Shown here in pieces: positions 46,086 to 56,536 of a DNA stretch of 64,000 nucleotides. The position numbers and the translations under genes are program-made. This stretch comes from Trueperaceae bacterium. Lineage in GTDB: Bacteria > Deinococcota > Deinococci > Deinococcales > Trueperaceae. Position 1 is the first letter of the stretch. Every line of letters starts with the position of its first letter. Location: NCBI GenBank assembly GCA_965215565.1, contig CBDCDZ010000004.1, forward strand, positions 1,408,001-1,472,000. Direction: 5' to 3'. The notes beneath the pieces are model-generated. The model ran no database searches. It was given only the letters and a program-made list of their open reading frames with translations, and had not been told where the DNA came from.

Positions 46086-47190
46086 GGCTCACGTTGCTCG
46101 TGCTACCCTCGCTACGCTGCGCGCCGCCCATCTCGTCTAAACGCTGCGCCTGCTCCGCCTCGCTCAAGACTTCGGTCAACTCGTCCACCTTGCCCGTCAT
46201 GATGTCGCCAAGATTATGTGTGGTGTAGCCGATGCGGTGGTCAGTGACCCGCGACTGCGGAAAGTTGTACGTGCGAATCTTCTCGCTGCGCTCACCCGTG
46301 CCAATTTGCACAAGCCGCGCCTCTCTCGCTTCGGAGGCTGCCCGTTCGCGCTCGCGCTCCAAGAGTCGCGCCCGGAGGACGGTTAGCGCCTTCTCCTTAT
46401 TCTTAATCTGGCTCTTACCGTCCTGACAGGTCACGACGATTTCGTCCGAGGTGCCCGGCTTATACGTGATGCGCACTGCCGAGTCCGTGGTGTTCACCGA
46501 CTGCCCGCCCGGTCCGCTACTCCTATACACGTCCACGCGGTAGTCGCTCGGGGAGAGGTTGACGTCCACGTCTTCGGCTTCGGGTAAGACAGCGACGGTG
46601 ATGGTGCTCGTGTGGATGCGCCCTTGCGTCTCGGTTTCGGGGACGCGCTGAACCCTATGCACGCCCGACTCGAACTTGAATTTGCTGTACGCGCCGCGCC
46701 CGGTGATCTCAAAATTCACCTTGCTCAGCCCGCCGACGCTATTGGCGTAGGAGTCGATGACTTCGGTTTTGAAGCCTAGCGCTTCGGCGTAGCGCTGGTA
46801 CATGCCCAGCACTTCGGCGGCGAAAAGGGAGGCTTCGTCACCCCCTGCAGCCGCGCGAATCTCGATGATGACGTTCTTGTCGTCGAAGGGGTCTTTGGGA
46901 AGTAGGAGGGTCTCAAGCCGACTCTCGAGCACGGTTCTCTGCGCCTCTAAAGCCTCCAACTCCTCACGCGCCATCTCCTCTAACTCGGGGTCAGCGAGGG
47001 CTTCTCGTGCGTTATCCATACCTGAGAGCACATCTCTATATTCGGTATACACTTTGACGATGCTCTGCAACTCGCTGTAGCGCTGCATCGCCTCACGGTA
47101 GCGCGTCTGGTTGCTAAGCAGCTCGGGGTCGCCCAAGGACTGCTCGAGCGCCGCAAACTCACGACTAAGGTGTTCTAGCTTCTCGATCAT
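46072..47190 (-). CDS. prfA: Peptide chain release factor 1
   Basis: GGDEA, ESGVHRVQRVPETE (PxT motif), GPGGQSVN, RTYNFPQ.RVTDHRI. Confidence 0.97.
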   Translation of the reverse strand: MIEKLEHLSREFAALEQSLGDPELLSNQTRYREAMQRYSELQSIVKVYTEYRDVLSGMDNAREALADPELEEMAREELEALEAQRTVLESRLETLLLPKDPFDDKNVIIEIRAAAGGDEASLFAAEVLGMYQRYAEALGFKTEVIDSYANSVGGLSKVNFEITGRGAYSKFKFESGVHRVQRVPETETQGRIHTSTITVAVLPEAEDVDVNLSPSDYRVDVYRSSGPGGQSVNTTDSAVRITYKPGTSDEIVVTCQDGKSQIKNKEKALTVLRARLLERERERAASEAREARLVQIGTGERSEKIRTYNFPQSRVTDHRIGYTTHNLGDIMTGKVDELTEVLSEAEQAQRLDEMGGAQRSEGSTSNVSRGAA

Positions 47191-47365
47191 AATGCACTAG
47201 TCTACCGTCAAGCGTGTCTGAGAAGTAGAGGAGAGGGGACAAAGGGGCAAGGTGTCACAGTCTGAGAGCGGCGCAAAAGGTTCTGTGGTTAAGGTGGAGG
47301 AGCGGGTCAGCGTATCAGCTCATTAGGAAAACCTGACTGGCTGAAATCCAGTCAGGCTGGTTGCG

Positions 47366-47543
47366 TATAGCAGTTCCAAGACACACTGAGACGAAATGCC
47401 GCTTTCTGAAAGCTCACAGGGACGTAGTTTTCGCTCCGCGAAGGGCATCATCACCGAACGTGCGTGCTAACCGTCGCTTCGGACAGTAAGAATATCTCAA
47501 ACCAGCTCCGAACACAGTGAGACAAACTTTGATACCTGCTAAT
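47366..47543 (-). mobile_element. MITE-like dispersed repeat (long type)
   Basis: Reverse complement of the 3' end (tagcaggtatcaaagtttgtctcactgtgttcggagctggtttgag) nearly identical to 55377-55422; other end matches 55754-55784. Confidence 0.75.
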
Positions 47544-47616
47544 TACAGTCGCACACGCTCCCGCTAGCCCGAAGGGAATGAAAGGTGCGGAGGTGCTCTG
47601 TTAAACTCTAAACATC

Positions 47617-48066
47617 ATGAAGCGCCTTACCCTCTTTCCCATTCTCGGTTTACTCATCCTCACAAGCTGTGTGCCTGCGACGGAACAACTGCCTGTCGCT
47701 CCTACGCCCATCACCTATCAGGGTGCCCCAAAAGAGGTCCACGAGACCGTGCTGCAAACAGTCGTAGACTCGCCGGGCGTGCCCGGTTACAACCCTGGCG
47801 GGCTGGACGGTTACGAGCGAGCGCCGTCGGGACCCTGGGAAATCGTATCGAGTGATCCTCCCCGGAGCGTCTCCGCGCGAGCCGAGTCGCGCGCGTCGGG
47901 ATTTTTGGGCTCTAACGCGGAGCCGGACGTGCACGAGATTGAGGTGAGGTTGAGCGAGGTGGGCGGCGTGGCAACTCGAGTTTCGGTTCAAGGAACGCCG
48001 CAAGCGCAAGGATTAGCTGACGATATTTACGCTCGGCTTGACGAGCGGTTTGGGAGGCGTAAGTAG
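47617..48066 (+). CDS. Hypothetical lipoprotein
   Basis: LTSC lipobox after signal peptide. Confidence 0.75.
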   Translation: MKRLTLFPILGLLILTSCVPATEQLPVAPTPITYQGAPKEVHETVLQTVVDSPGVPGYNPGGLDGYERAPSGPWEIVSSDPPRSVSARAESRASGFLGSNAEPDVHEIEVRLSEVGGVATRVSVQGTPQAQGLADDIYARLDERFGRRK

Positions 48067-48067
48067 G

Positions 48068-48144
48068 TGGTGCGCCCGGTAGGAGTCGAACCTACGACCT
48101 TGGGCTTAGGAGTCCCCTGCTCTATCCTACTGAGCTACGGGCGC
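48068..48144 (-). tRNA. tRNA-Arg(CCT)
   Basis: Reverse complement GCGCCCGTAGCTCAGTAGGATAGAGCAGGGGACTCCTAAGCCCAAGGTCGTAGGTTCGACTCCTACCGGGCGCACCA. Confidence 0.92.
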
Positions 48145-48195
48145 ACGCGGCAGAGCCAGAGGATATTCTACCGGAGCCGCGCGCGCCCTTCAAGC

Positions 48196-48678
48196 TCAAG
48201 CTTGAATCGAATGTGGAATAGGATCGCTCTCGCCTCTTAGATGTCGCATGAGCCAGCTACCCGGCTCGACGGTAAACGAGGCGTTGCGCCAGTCGTCGGT
48301 GTACTGCGTGTCCAGGAGGTTTAGAGCCACCTCTTCTTGTCTGCCCCTACTGACCCGCAACGCCGTCAAAAAGTTCGCCGCGAGTTTGCCTGCGAGTTCG
48401 CGGTCTAAAAGCGGAATGTCGCTGAGGTCCGCTACGCCGATGTTGGCGGTATAGTCGGTGTGGTCGGTAATCGCAATCATAAAGCTCTCGATCGCTTGCA
48501 GACCGAACTCGGTAAAGGTGTAGAGCGCGGGATAGGTTTCTTTAAGTGGACCCTTCACGTAGTCGCGCGTCACCTCTAAAACGTCGGGGATGGTGTCTAA
48601 GGTTTTGCCGAGCGGGAGTTTATTGGTGTCACGGTCATCTAAGACGAGAAAGATATCGACGGCGTTCATGAGTGGCAC
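48196..48678 (-). CDS. Hypothetical protein
   Basis: GGAG RBS, host-like codon usage. Confidence 0.7.
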   Translation of the reverse strand: MPLMNAVDIFLVLDDRDTNKLPLGKTLDTIPDVLEVTRDYVKGPLKETYPALYTFTEFGLQAIESFMIAITDHTDYTANIGVADLSDIPLLDRELAGKLAANFLTALRVSRGRQEEVALNLLDTQYTDDWRNASFTVEPGSWLMRHLRGESDPIPHSIQA

Positions 48679-49036
48679 CTCCAGGCAGCGGGTATCAAGG
48701 TCAGCCCCGTTGATGTTCGGAACTGGCTATAGACGCGCTCAGCGAGAGGAGCATCCGCCTTGACGCATCCTAAAAAGTAGCACCCGCAAAAGCTCGCTCC
48801 GGTGGACTGAAGCGCTTTTAACATGGTTTTAGGTAGACTGTTCGTAAGCTCCATATACTATTGTAGAAGCTACGCGCCGAAAAAGCGAGGGGTTATTCAC
48901 GCTTTTCGTGAAAATGTGGAAAGTTATAAGTTTTGCTGAAGGTTCTAGGTAGGATTTTAGAATTGAGCTTACATTCTTGCTGAAGTCGCTGAAGGTTTTA
49001 TCTTCTGCGTGAAAGAGAAGCGCCGTATCCCAGCAG

Positions 49037-49151
49037 TATAGCAGGTATCATCTGGTTTGAGCCAGTCTCACATGATAGAACAACGACTAGCACGCACTTT
49101 AAGGGATGATATCTGCGCTATTTCAGTCCAATACTTCTGATAACCGCTATA
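49037..49151 (+). mobile_element. MITE-like dispersed repeat (short type)
   Basis: tatagcaggtatcatctggtttgagcc...tagcacgcac...aaccgctata; colinear with reverse complement of 58285-58399. Confidence 0.75.
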
Positions 49152-49647
49152 ATCATCCGGTTTACCCCGTCCTCATTAAAGCGTTGGCTAGCACGCTCGT
49201 TAGAGGGTGGTACTTGCGAAAAAGTGCAACGACGTTACCCGGGAACGATTAAGGTGCACCGCTCGAGGACGAACCCGGTCAAACTTAGAGCTTCGCGGCA
49301 GCGCTCGGGTAGACTCGGGTCCACTTTCAACTTTCAATGTAAACATGAGTCACCGGCTCATGTTGAGCCAATATTAAGAACTGGTTAAAGTGTGAAAACT
49401 TTCGTGTCTGACGGTAAGATAGTGCTGCGGCACTACGCTGAGTGAGCAGCGGGTATTTTCTCAAGAAAAAACGCGGTATATTTTCTCGAGACTTAGGTTC
49501 GGCAGCTTAGCGGCAGCCCGAGCTTTATTAGCGCAACCTTACATATAGACTTGTGTGCGGGGCTAACCACAATCCTAAAACCGTTATTCAGATAGGCGGG
49601 TACGCAGTGATGTTTAACCAACGACTTCTCCTTCAACCCTTTCAGCT

Positions 49648-51528
49648 ATGTCGCGGCGCATGACGCGCAAGCCGCAGCCTGCGGCGTCCGCCCCGCGTAG
49701 GCCCGGCGCAACGGTCTACACCTCAATAGACAGTGCGCCCCCTGAGTTCTCGGTGCCGCGTCCGTTCTGGTACGTGCTGCTCTTTTTACTGGCGTTCGTT
49801 GTATGTTCGGCGCTTTCGCTGCTGGTGCTGCCCGCCGTGGAGTCGTTCTATACCGAGTTGCTCCGCCGCGCCACGGGCGGGCTCCGCTTCCCCGAGCCTA
49901 CCTACGCCCTGAGGTTGCGCCCCTTCTTCTTCGTCTTTTTCCTCGCGTTCAGCCTCTTCGCGTCAGGCTCACCTTGGCGGCGGCTCAAGCTCGCGGGCAC
50001 CCTGCTGCTCTCTTACGTCTTCGCGATGCTCTTTTTGGATACGCTTTTGCTCAGTTTGACGCCCGTGGTGAGCCCGCGGCTCATCGCGGTCATCGCGAAC
50101 GTCTCGATCGGCTTCGCCGCGCTCATCATTCTCGCCGCCGTGCTGCTTTTGCAGGGGCACTTCCCGCTCGACGAGCGCGTCCAGGCGCGTTTGGCGCGTC
50201 CGCGCCGCTACGCCATGCTCCTCTTGCTCGCGGGCGCGGCGAGTGCACTCGTTGCTATCTTGGTAAGCCGTTTTATGGGGGGGGCGCTCGAGTCGCTACG
50301 CTCGGTGGGTCTGCTGGGCGGGCTCGGTCCCGGTATCGTCCTCTTCTTCCCGCTCTGCTTCGCGTTTTTAGCACTTTACGAACTCACGTCACTGCGCCAG
50401 CGAAAGGGTGACATCCGCTACTCTATCGCCTTTTTGGTGCCCGCCTTTAACGAAGAGGACGACATCGCCGCGTGCATTCAGAGCTTGGACCGGGCGGCGC
50501 AGCACTACGGGCGGCTCTGCCAGCTTTACGTCGTGGACAACGATTCAAAAGACGCCACCAAAGCCGTCGCGCAAGCCGCGCTCGACGACTGCAAGGCGCT
50601 CAAGGGTCAGGTGCTGAGCTGCCCAGAGCCGGGCAAGTCAAAGGCGCTCAACGCCGGACTGCGTCAGATCAAAGAGGACATCGTCGTGCGCGTGGACGCC
50701 GACACGCTCGTCTCGCCTCACATCCTCTCGTGGGCGATTCCCCACTTCTCCGAGCCGGCGGTGGGCGCGGTCAGCGGACTGCCGCTGCCGCGAGAATCGG
50801 ACTCGCTCCTCTCGAAAATGCGGGCGATAGAGGTCTACCTCAACCAGGGTTTCGGGCGGCTCGGGCTCTGCGCGGTGGACGGTCTCCTCAGTATGCCCGG
50901 CATCTTCTCGGCGTACCGGCGGAGCTGCTTAGTCGAGCTTGAGGGCTTCGCGGAAGGCATCAACGGTGAGGACACCGACATCGTGCTGCGCACCGGGCGG
51001 CTCGGCTATAGGCTCGTCAACGACCCGCGCTTGCAGGTCTATTCGGAGGTGCCCGCCACTTTGGGTCACCTGCGCGAACAGCGCCTGCGCTGGTTTCGCA
51101 GCATCTACCACGTGGCGTCGCGCAACCGCTCAGCCATGACCATGCGCCAGGGCGTGCGCGGCAGCTTCACCCTCCCTTGGGCGCTCGTGCAGAGCGCGCG
51201 GCGCTCGATGATGGTGCCGATCCTTGTCTACGCGGTGGTAGTAGCCGCCTTAGAGCCAACAGCGCTCTACTTGCGCTCGGGCGCAACCATCGTGGCGATC
51301 TTAGCAGGCTCGTCGCTGCTCATCTCGCTCGCGGTGCTCGCCGCCTATCGGCGTTGGGAACTCTTCGCCTTCGTGCCCGCGTACTTGGGCTTTCGGCTTC
51401 TGCGCGCCTACTTGAGCCTCGACTCGCTCTTTACCTTGCCGCTCGGTCCTGCGCCAACCGAGCCCGTTTCGCGGGCTACTCCTGCTGCGACGCCGCAACG
51501 GGAGCGCGTAACTGTCTCAGAAAATTGA
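49648..51528 (+). CDS. Membrane-bound processive GT2 glycosyltransferase
   Basis: N-terminal TMs; PAFNEE, VDND, GKS.ALN, DAD, GED, QRLRW motifs. Confidence 0.9.
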   Translation: MSRRMTRKPQPAASAPRRPGATVYTSIDSAPPEFSVPRPFWYVLLFLLAFVVCSALSLLVLPAVESFYTELLRRATGGLRFPEPTYALRLRPFFFVFFLAFSLFASGSPWRRLKLAGTLLLSYVFAMLFLDTLLLSLTPVVSPRLIAVIANVSIGFAALIILAAVLLLQGHFPLDERVQARLARPRRYAMLLLLAGAASALVAILVSRFMGGALESLRSVGLLGGLGPGIVLFFPLCFAFLALYELTSLRQRKGDIRYSIAFLVPAFNEEDDIAACIQSLDRAAQHYGRLCQLYVVDNDSKDATKAVAQAALDDCKALKGQVLSCPEPGKSKALNAGLRQIKEDIVVRVDADTLVSPHILSWAIPHFSEPAVGAVSGLPLPRESDSLLSKMRAIEVYLNQGFGRLGLCAVDGLLSMPGIFSAYRRSCLVELEGFAEGINGEDTDIVLRTGRLGYRLVNDPRLQVYSEVPATLGHLREQRLRWFRSIYHVASRNRSAMTMRQGVRGSFTLPWALVQSARRSMMVPILVYAVVVAALEPTALYLRSGATIVAILAGSSLLISLAVLAAYRRWELFAFVPAYLGFRLLRAYLSLDSLFTLPLGPAPTEPVSRATPAATPQRERVTVSEN

Positions 51529-52519
51529 GCGCCTGTCCCGGATACTCCGGCGACCACCAGAGCAAGACGCCGGAGAGCCCCTTGACCTGCGCAACCTGAG
51601 CACAGTCGAACGCGCGCTCCACCGTCGTGCCGTTAGGCGCTTTGGGGTCCACGGTGACTTGCGGCACCCAGTTAAGTTCCGGATTGACGAGCGAAACTTG
51701 CCGGATCACGCGCTCTAGGGCGCGCTCGAACGCGCGCGTGCCCTCTTTGCAGTAGGTCTGCGTCTGGATAAAAAGCTCATCAAAGGCTTCACTGAGCTGA
51801 CCGTAGTTCCAATTGTAACGGAGCAGGTTGCGCTGCAAAAGCGGACGTCCAGTAGGTTTGGCACCCAGACGCAGTTCGCTCGTCCGCGCCCAGGCGCTCG
51901 CCTCGGAGAGGTGCTCCAACGTCGCGTAAAAGTCCCAGGTGAATTCAGGCAGGTTAGGGAAGTTCGGCTCGTAGACGTAGATAACTGCCTCGACGGGGGG
52001 CTCCACACCGAGCGTCGCAGCGGCGACGTTGCTTAGACCGCTCGTCGCTGCGACGATGGACACTTGCGGGTAGGCGCGCCGCAGCGCGTCCGCCGCGCTG
52101 TTGACCCACGCGATATCCACCTCGCCCCTCGTGTTGCCGGAAACGAGCATAAAGGTGTCGCCCGGCTGCAAGAGAAGGTGAAACTCGGTCTGCGAAGAGA
52201 GTACGAGTTCCAACCCACGCTCGTTGTAGATGGGCAGCACGACGGAGAGGCTTGCGCTTGAATCAGCGGGCTCGGCTGAGCGGGGCTGAACCGTCGGCTG
52301 AGCTAGGGCGGGCTCAGTCGTGACCTGAGCCGCGGCGTGACCCAGAAGAGACGGTGCACAGAATACTATCCACATGGCAAATAAGGCACACAACGTTTTT
52401 GAGCCTTGGTCAATCATCATCACGTCCTCTTCGCCGCCCTCGTTTACCCGGTCCCACAGGTCCCGCCGTAAACGTTTCTCATTCATCATATAAGACGACG
52501 ATGAGAGGCGGCACCTCAC
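51476..52519 (-). CDS. Hypothetical exported protein (true start probably ~52421)
   Basis: Signal-like segment ..GHAAAQ, Pro/Ala linker, alpha/beta-patterned body. Confidence 0.65.
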   Translation of the reverse strand: MRCRLSSSSYMMNEKRLRRDLWDRVNEGGEEDVMMIDQGSKTLCALFAMWIVFCAPSLLGHAAAQVTTEPALAQPTVQPRSAEPADSSASLSVVLPIYNERGLELVLSSQTEFHLLLQPGDTFMLVSGNTRGEVDIAWVNSAADALRRAYPQVSIVAATSGLSNVAAATLGVEPPVEAVIYVYEPNFPNLPEFTWDFYATLEHLSEASAWARTSELRLGAKPTGRPLLQRNLLRYNWNYGQLSEAFDELFIQTQTYCKEGTRAFERALERVIRQVSLVNPELNWVPQVTVDPKAPNGTTVERAFDCAQVAQVKGLSGVLLWWSPEYPGQALNFLRQLRAPVAASQQE

Positions 52520-52583
52520 CCTAGAAGGCAGCGGGGCGAAAAGGGGTAAACTTTGCGACTCGAGGTATGGGAATTTCTTAACA

Positions 52584-53708
52584 CTAAGGTCTGAGCTTGA
52601 GGGTAGCCTGATGTAGGTGTTCTATAAACGTATTGAAGCAATTCGCAGCCTCTAATGCCAGTTCCTTCGTTGGGCGCACCAATTCCTTCGACTTATCGGG
52701 GGATTCGAGTATAGGTATCAAAGGAGACACATGAATAACTTGGTGTCTATACCTGATGTACTCTTTCAACGGCGTAAATACTTTAGAGTCTAAACCTATA
52801 TCGTTACCGAAACTCAAGTTGTAAGCCTTGCCATAAGCGCGCTTGCAATCATCGTAACTTTGAAAGTTGATCCTATCTTTATCGATGAGGTGAACTAATG
52901 CAGACTTTCCCTCTTCCTTGGCCTCTTCATAGAAGTCTCGAACTAGCCCCTTCTTTCTCTCCCTTGTTGAGAAAAATCGATCAGTAAGCGCCTTCATGTC
53001 AGCACGAATGCCTTCACCCTCTAGCTCAAGAAAACGTCTTTTGGTGTAGGACTCAAATCCCGTCACCATAATAGAAAGGATAGAGTTGGTTACAGCAACC
53101 TCATGCAAAGAACCTTTTTCTAATTCTCTATCTAATAGTAGTTTCGCCGCTATTGTGCTATCTGCCCAAAATTCAATGGCGGACGGTTCTATAATCAACT
53201 GGTCATATTTGTAAACCCGATGATGCGATGTTTCTAAAGGCTCTCCATTGGCATCTACCCCATCAATGGCATAAACATTCCCGTCTTTGCCGACACGGTG
53301 TTGAGTGCGAGATTTTACTCCGAGCGCTGAAATCGTCCCTTCCCGCTCTACCACGCTAAAGTCAAGCCTAACTTCCTCGGGCGACCAACCTAAAAAAACT
53401 GCCACTTCATCGCCAAGGAAAACGTTTTCTAAATCTATCTCTGCAACTCGCGTTCCCGTACCAGGCGATGAGTGATAGAACTGAAGAGATGAACGATTAG
53501 TACAAACGAAATGAACCACATGGCTTCCTATTGGTATCATGTTCAAAAGGGCAAATTCCGGTTCTTTACGGTCAATTAAATTGGAAGATTTGAAACTTAA
53601 TAAAATAGTACCGGCAGGCATTGGGTCTAGTTCTCGAACGCTCTCGTCCAGCAATCCGGGATGTTCTACTACTCTTCTACCAATAAGTTGAGCTGGTAGT
53701 TCTTTCAC
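52584..53708 (-). CDS. Low-GC hypothetical protein with C-terminal HEPN-like RxxxxH motif
   Basis: Helical C-terminus with ..VTGFESY.. and RHQVIH; AT-rich relative to flanks. Confidence 0.65.
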   Translation of the reverse strand: MKELPAQLIGRRVVEHPGLLDESVRELDPMPAGTILLSFKSSNLIDRKEPEFALLNMIPIGSHVVHFVCTNRSSLQFYHSSPGTGTRVAEIDLENVFLGDEVAVFLGWSPEEVRLDFSVVEREGTISALGVKSRTQHRVGKDGNVYAIDGVDANGEPLETSHHRVYKYDQLIIEPSAIEFWADSTIAAKLLLDRELEKGSLHEVAVTNSILSIMVTGFESYTKRRFLELEGEGIRADMKALTDRFFSTRERKKGLVRDFYEEAKEEGKSALVHLIDKDRINFQSYDDCKRAYGKAYNLSFGNDIGLDSKVFTPLKEYIRYRHQVIHVSPLIPILESPDKSKELVRPTKELALEAANCFNTFIEHLHQATLKLRP

Positions 53709-53960
53709 TATCGGGCTACGTGAAACTGCTCAGTGACTAGACTAAAATTCACTTCACCCTCATAAGTTTGAATATTGTTCAAAAACGGACCATGCCCAAG
53801 AAACTTATTGTAGTTACGATAAAAGGTAGCACGTGAACGTACCATTGTCATATCATCTTCTCCATAGGTGTCAGCCCTTTTTCCGTCGCTAGCTGGATGA
53901 TGTTGATGTGTCCCTCTCGTTCTCCTCAACTAGATTTACTCACTGACTTACCACCAATCA

Positions 53961-55305
53961 TTAACCATCCACCTCGCGCACCATGACGCGGCTCCCCTCG
54001 ACGCGCAAGACTTCTATTGCGCTGCCCCGAGTTACCCCCTTCGGTGACGACGTCGACGCGCTCTAAATCGAAACGCGCCGTCCCTGCCGGGCGCAAGTCG
54101 GTGATAGCGACGCCGCGCTCGCCGCTCAGGTGGCGGAGGTCGCTCGTGAGCTTGCCCTCGTTGGGCGTGTCGACGCTCTGCGGCGAATCACTGTCGCCCA
54201 GGCGCGTCGTCAGCGTGAATACGCCGCCCAAGCGCGTGTTCGGCAGGAGCCAAAGCGCTAAGCCTAGCAAGACGCCGCCGAAGAGCGTGGTGTAGCCGAG
54301 CACCTCGGCGGTGTTTCCCTGAAAGATGCGAAAGACCGCGAAGATGATCGCACCTGCGCCTAAGATACCCGCCACCCCGAAGCCGGGAATCACGAAGACC
54401 TCAGCGGCGATGAGCAAGATGCCCGCTAGAAGCACCACCAGGTCGAACGGACCCGCAGGCGTGGCAATGAACGCGCCGCTAAAAAAGAGCAAGAGCGCGA
54501 GCGCCCCGATACCGCCCGGCAGCCCGACGCCCGGCGAGAAGAGTTCGATGATGATGCCTAGAATACCGATGGCTAAAAGCGCCGCCGCAACGAGCGGGCT
54601 CGTCAGCCCGCCTGCGACGCGCTCGGTGAGGGTAGGCTCGAGCCGCTCGACAGGTACATTCGCGCTGTAGCCGAGCTGTTCCAAAGCGTCTTGCAAGCTG
54701 CTCGCTTGCAGGTCCGCGATGTTGTATTCCACCGCCTGCGCCGCTGTTAGCGTGACGAGTTCTTCGTTTGTGGAGAGCCCCGGCACTTCGATGCGCTCCG
54801 AGACCATCCCTGCCGCCACGTCCTCGTTGCGCCCTCTCGCTTGCGCCACCGCGCGAAACTCGCTGCGCCACGCGGACTGAATCTTCTCGGACGCCTGTTC
54901 GCCCGTGAGCCCGTTTATAGCCGTTGCCGCCCCGATGGACGCGCCCGGTAAGATCGCTAAGTCCTGCGCGCTCATCGCGATGAGCGCGCCCGCGCTAAAG
55001 GCGTCTTGCACGACGGCGATCGTCGGTACCTGCGCCTCATTGAGGATGCTGTCCGAGATGTCTTGCGCCGCGTCCACGCGCCCCCCCGGTGTGTCGATAA
55101 GGAATACGAGGGCGAGCGGAAGTGTGTCGTTCGCCTCTTCGATGCGTGAGACGACAAACTGCGTAGTGGCAGGCGTAATCTGCCCTTCAATGGGGATGAC
55201 CCAGACGGCGTTGGCGTTCTGTGCGTGGCTAGGCGGACCGAGTCCGGTGAGGACGGCAGCTAAAACCAACAAAAAGGCGAGGTAAGCTCGCGGTTCGCGT
55301 ATCAT
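53961..55305 (-). CDS. NfeD family membrane serine protease, frameshifted near the 3' end
   Basis: IDTPGG, A.SAGALIA, TDLRPAG.A, DVVTEG; expected tail GSAIEVLRVEGSRVMVRE lies in another frame after ~54030. Confidence 0.8.
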
Positions 55306-55376
55306 GTTACTCAAAATTATACCCGCAAAAGCGCGTTCGCTATGTCGAGGGCGCGTCGGCTCAGCGCTATAACAAA

Positions 55377-55784
55377 TAGCAGGTATCAAAGTCTGTCTCA
55401 CTATGTTCGGAGCTGGTTTGAGTGTACATAAGTTCTGCGAAGCAACGCTCTCATACCCTTTCCGGTAAAATACGCTACAAAGTAGCGCATTTAATCCCGA
55501 GGAAGAGCCATCAGCCGGTGGTAACATCAACGAATAGCCAGTACAAGCCATCTACAACGGCATGATACGCCCGGCTGAAGGCTCCTGAGCGAGCAGAAAC
55601 AAGTACGGATTCCGGTGAGCACGGAATTCGTATCACTCCAAGAAGCAACGTTTCGCTCTGCAAAAAGTGCCTAACTAGCACGCACATCGTGAGATGAAAT
55701 CCCGCTCTCAAGCGAAGCTTAGCGGGATCGGTCTGCGAGCTGAGACCTATGATATTTTGTCTCAGTGTATTGTGGAAATGCCAA
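55377..55784 (+). mobile_element. MITE-like dispersed repeat (long type) interrupted by a second repeat
   Basis: Both ends and internal blocks (gaagcaacg, tagcacgcac, ctgcgagct) match the reverse complement of 47366-47543. Confidence 0.7.
55451..55635. repeat. Deinococcus-type small dispersed repeat, copy 2
   Basis: tcataccctttccggt...gcgagcagaaac..acggattccggtgagcacggaattcgtatca; matches 3041-3133 with a longer centre. Confidence 0.75.
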
Positions 55785-55858
55785 GAAAATTCAGCCCACC
55801 CTTTTTATGACACGCCAACCAATCTGATAAGACTAAGTTATCACCGCTGCGGGCAGTC

Positions 55859-56536
55859 CTAAGAGGTGACGAGCAACCTAGCTCGCTCCAAAACCGCGTC
55901 GAACATCTTCGGCGTGAGCCTGCCAGTGTTCGTATTTTGGATGCTGACGTGGTAACTGCCGAGCATAGGTAAGGCACCCTCTATCTCATGAAGTGCGCTG
56001 TGCGCAAACTTGTAGCGGGCTTTAACAATCTCTCTTCCCTGAGCTTTGAGCAGTTCCAAGTAGCTGTCATGCGCGATAGACCCGAGGGCGAAGACGAGTT
56101 TTAAGTTCCTGAGCCCGTTAAAGTCATGTTCCAGCCAGGTTTGGCAGTTCAGCACCTCTTGCCGCGCGGGTTTGTTGCCGGGCGGTACACAGCGGCACGC
56201 GGCGCTGATCCACATGTCGTTAAGCTCGAGCCCATCTCCCCGCTTCGAGTCCGGCTGGCTCGCGAAGCCCGTGCGCCACAGCGCCGGAAAGAGGAAGTTG
56301 CCGCTGCCGTCGCCCGTGAACATCCGCCCGGTGCGGTTGCTGCCGTGTGCGCCCGGCGCGAGCCCCAAGAGGAGGACGCGGGCGTCCTTGTCACCGAAGC
56401 CAGGCACGGGCTTGCCCCAATAGTCCTCGTTTTGATAGGCGCGGCGCTTCTTCTCAGCAACCTCTTGGCGGTACTGGGTGAGCCTGGGACAGCGGGTGCA
56501 GTGCTCGAGGTCTTTCGGAAAGGGATCGAACATCAC
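55859..56536 (-). CDS. Uracil-DNA glycosylase, family 5 (UdgB-like, Fe-S)
   Basis: C..CPRL, YWGKPVPGFGD, GLAPGAHGSNRTGRMFTGD.SG, C.PP.NKP, YH.S.QNT.TG.LT. Confidence 0.92.
   Translation of the reverse strand: MMFDPFPKDLEHCTRCPRLTQYRQEVAEKKRRAYQNEDYWGKPVPGFGDKDARVLLLGLAPGAHGSNRTGRMFTGDGSGNFLFPALWRTGFASQPDSKRGDGLELNDMWISAACRCVPPGNKPARQEVLNCQTWLEHDFNGLRNLKLVFALGSIAHDSYLELLKAQGREIVKARYKFAHSALHEIEGALPMLGSYHVSIQNTNTGRLTPKMFDAVLERARLLVTS

Noticed and set aside
48068..53950. tRNA-Arg-anchored genomic island
   Set aside because: No integrase and no duplicated tRNA 3' end; the accessory-looking genes lie on the 5' side of the tRNA
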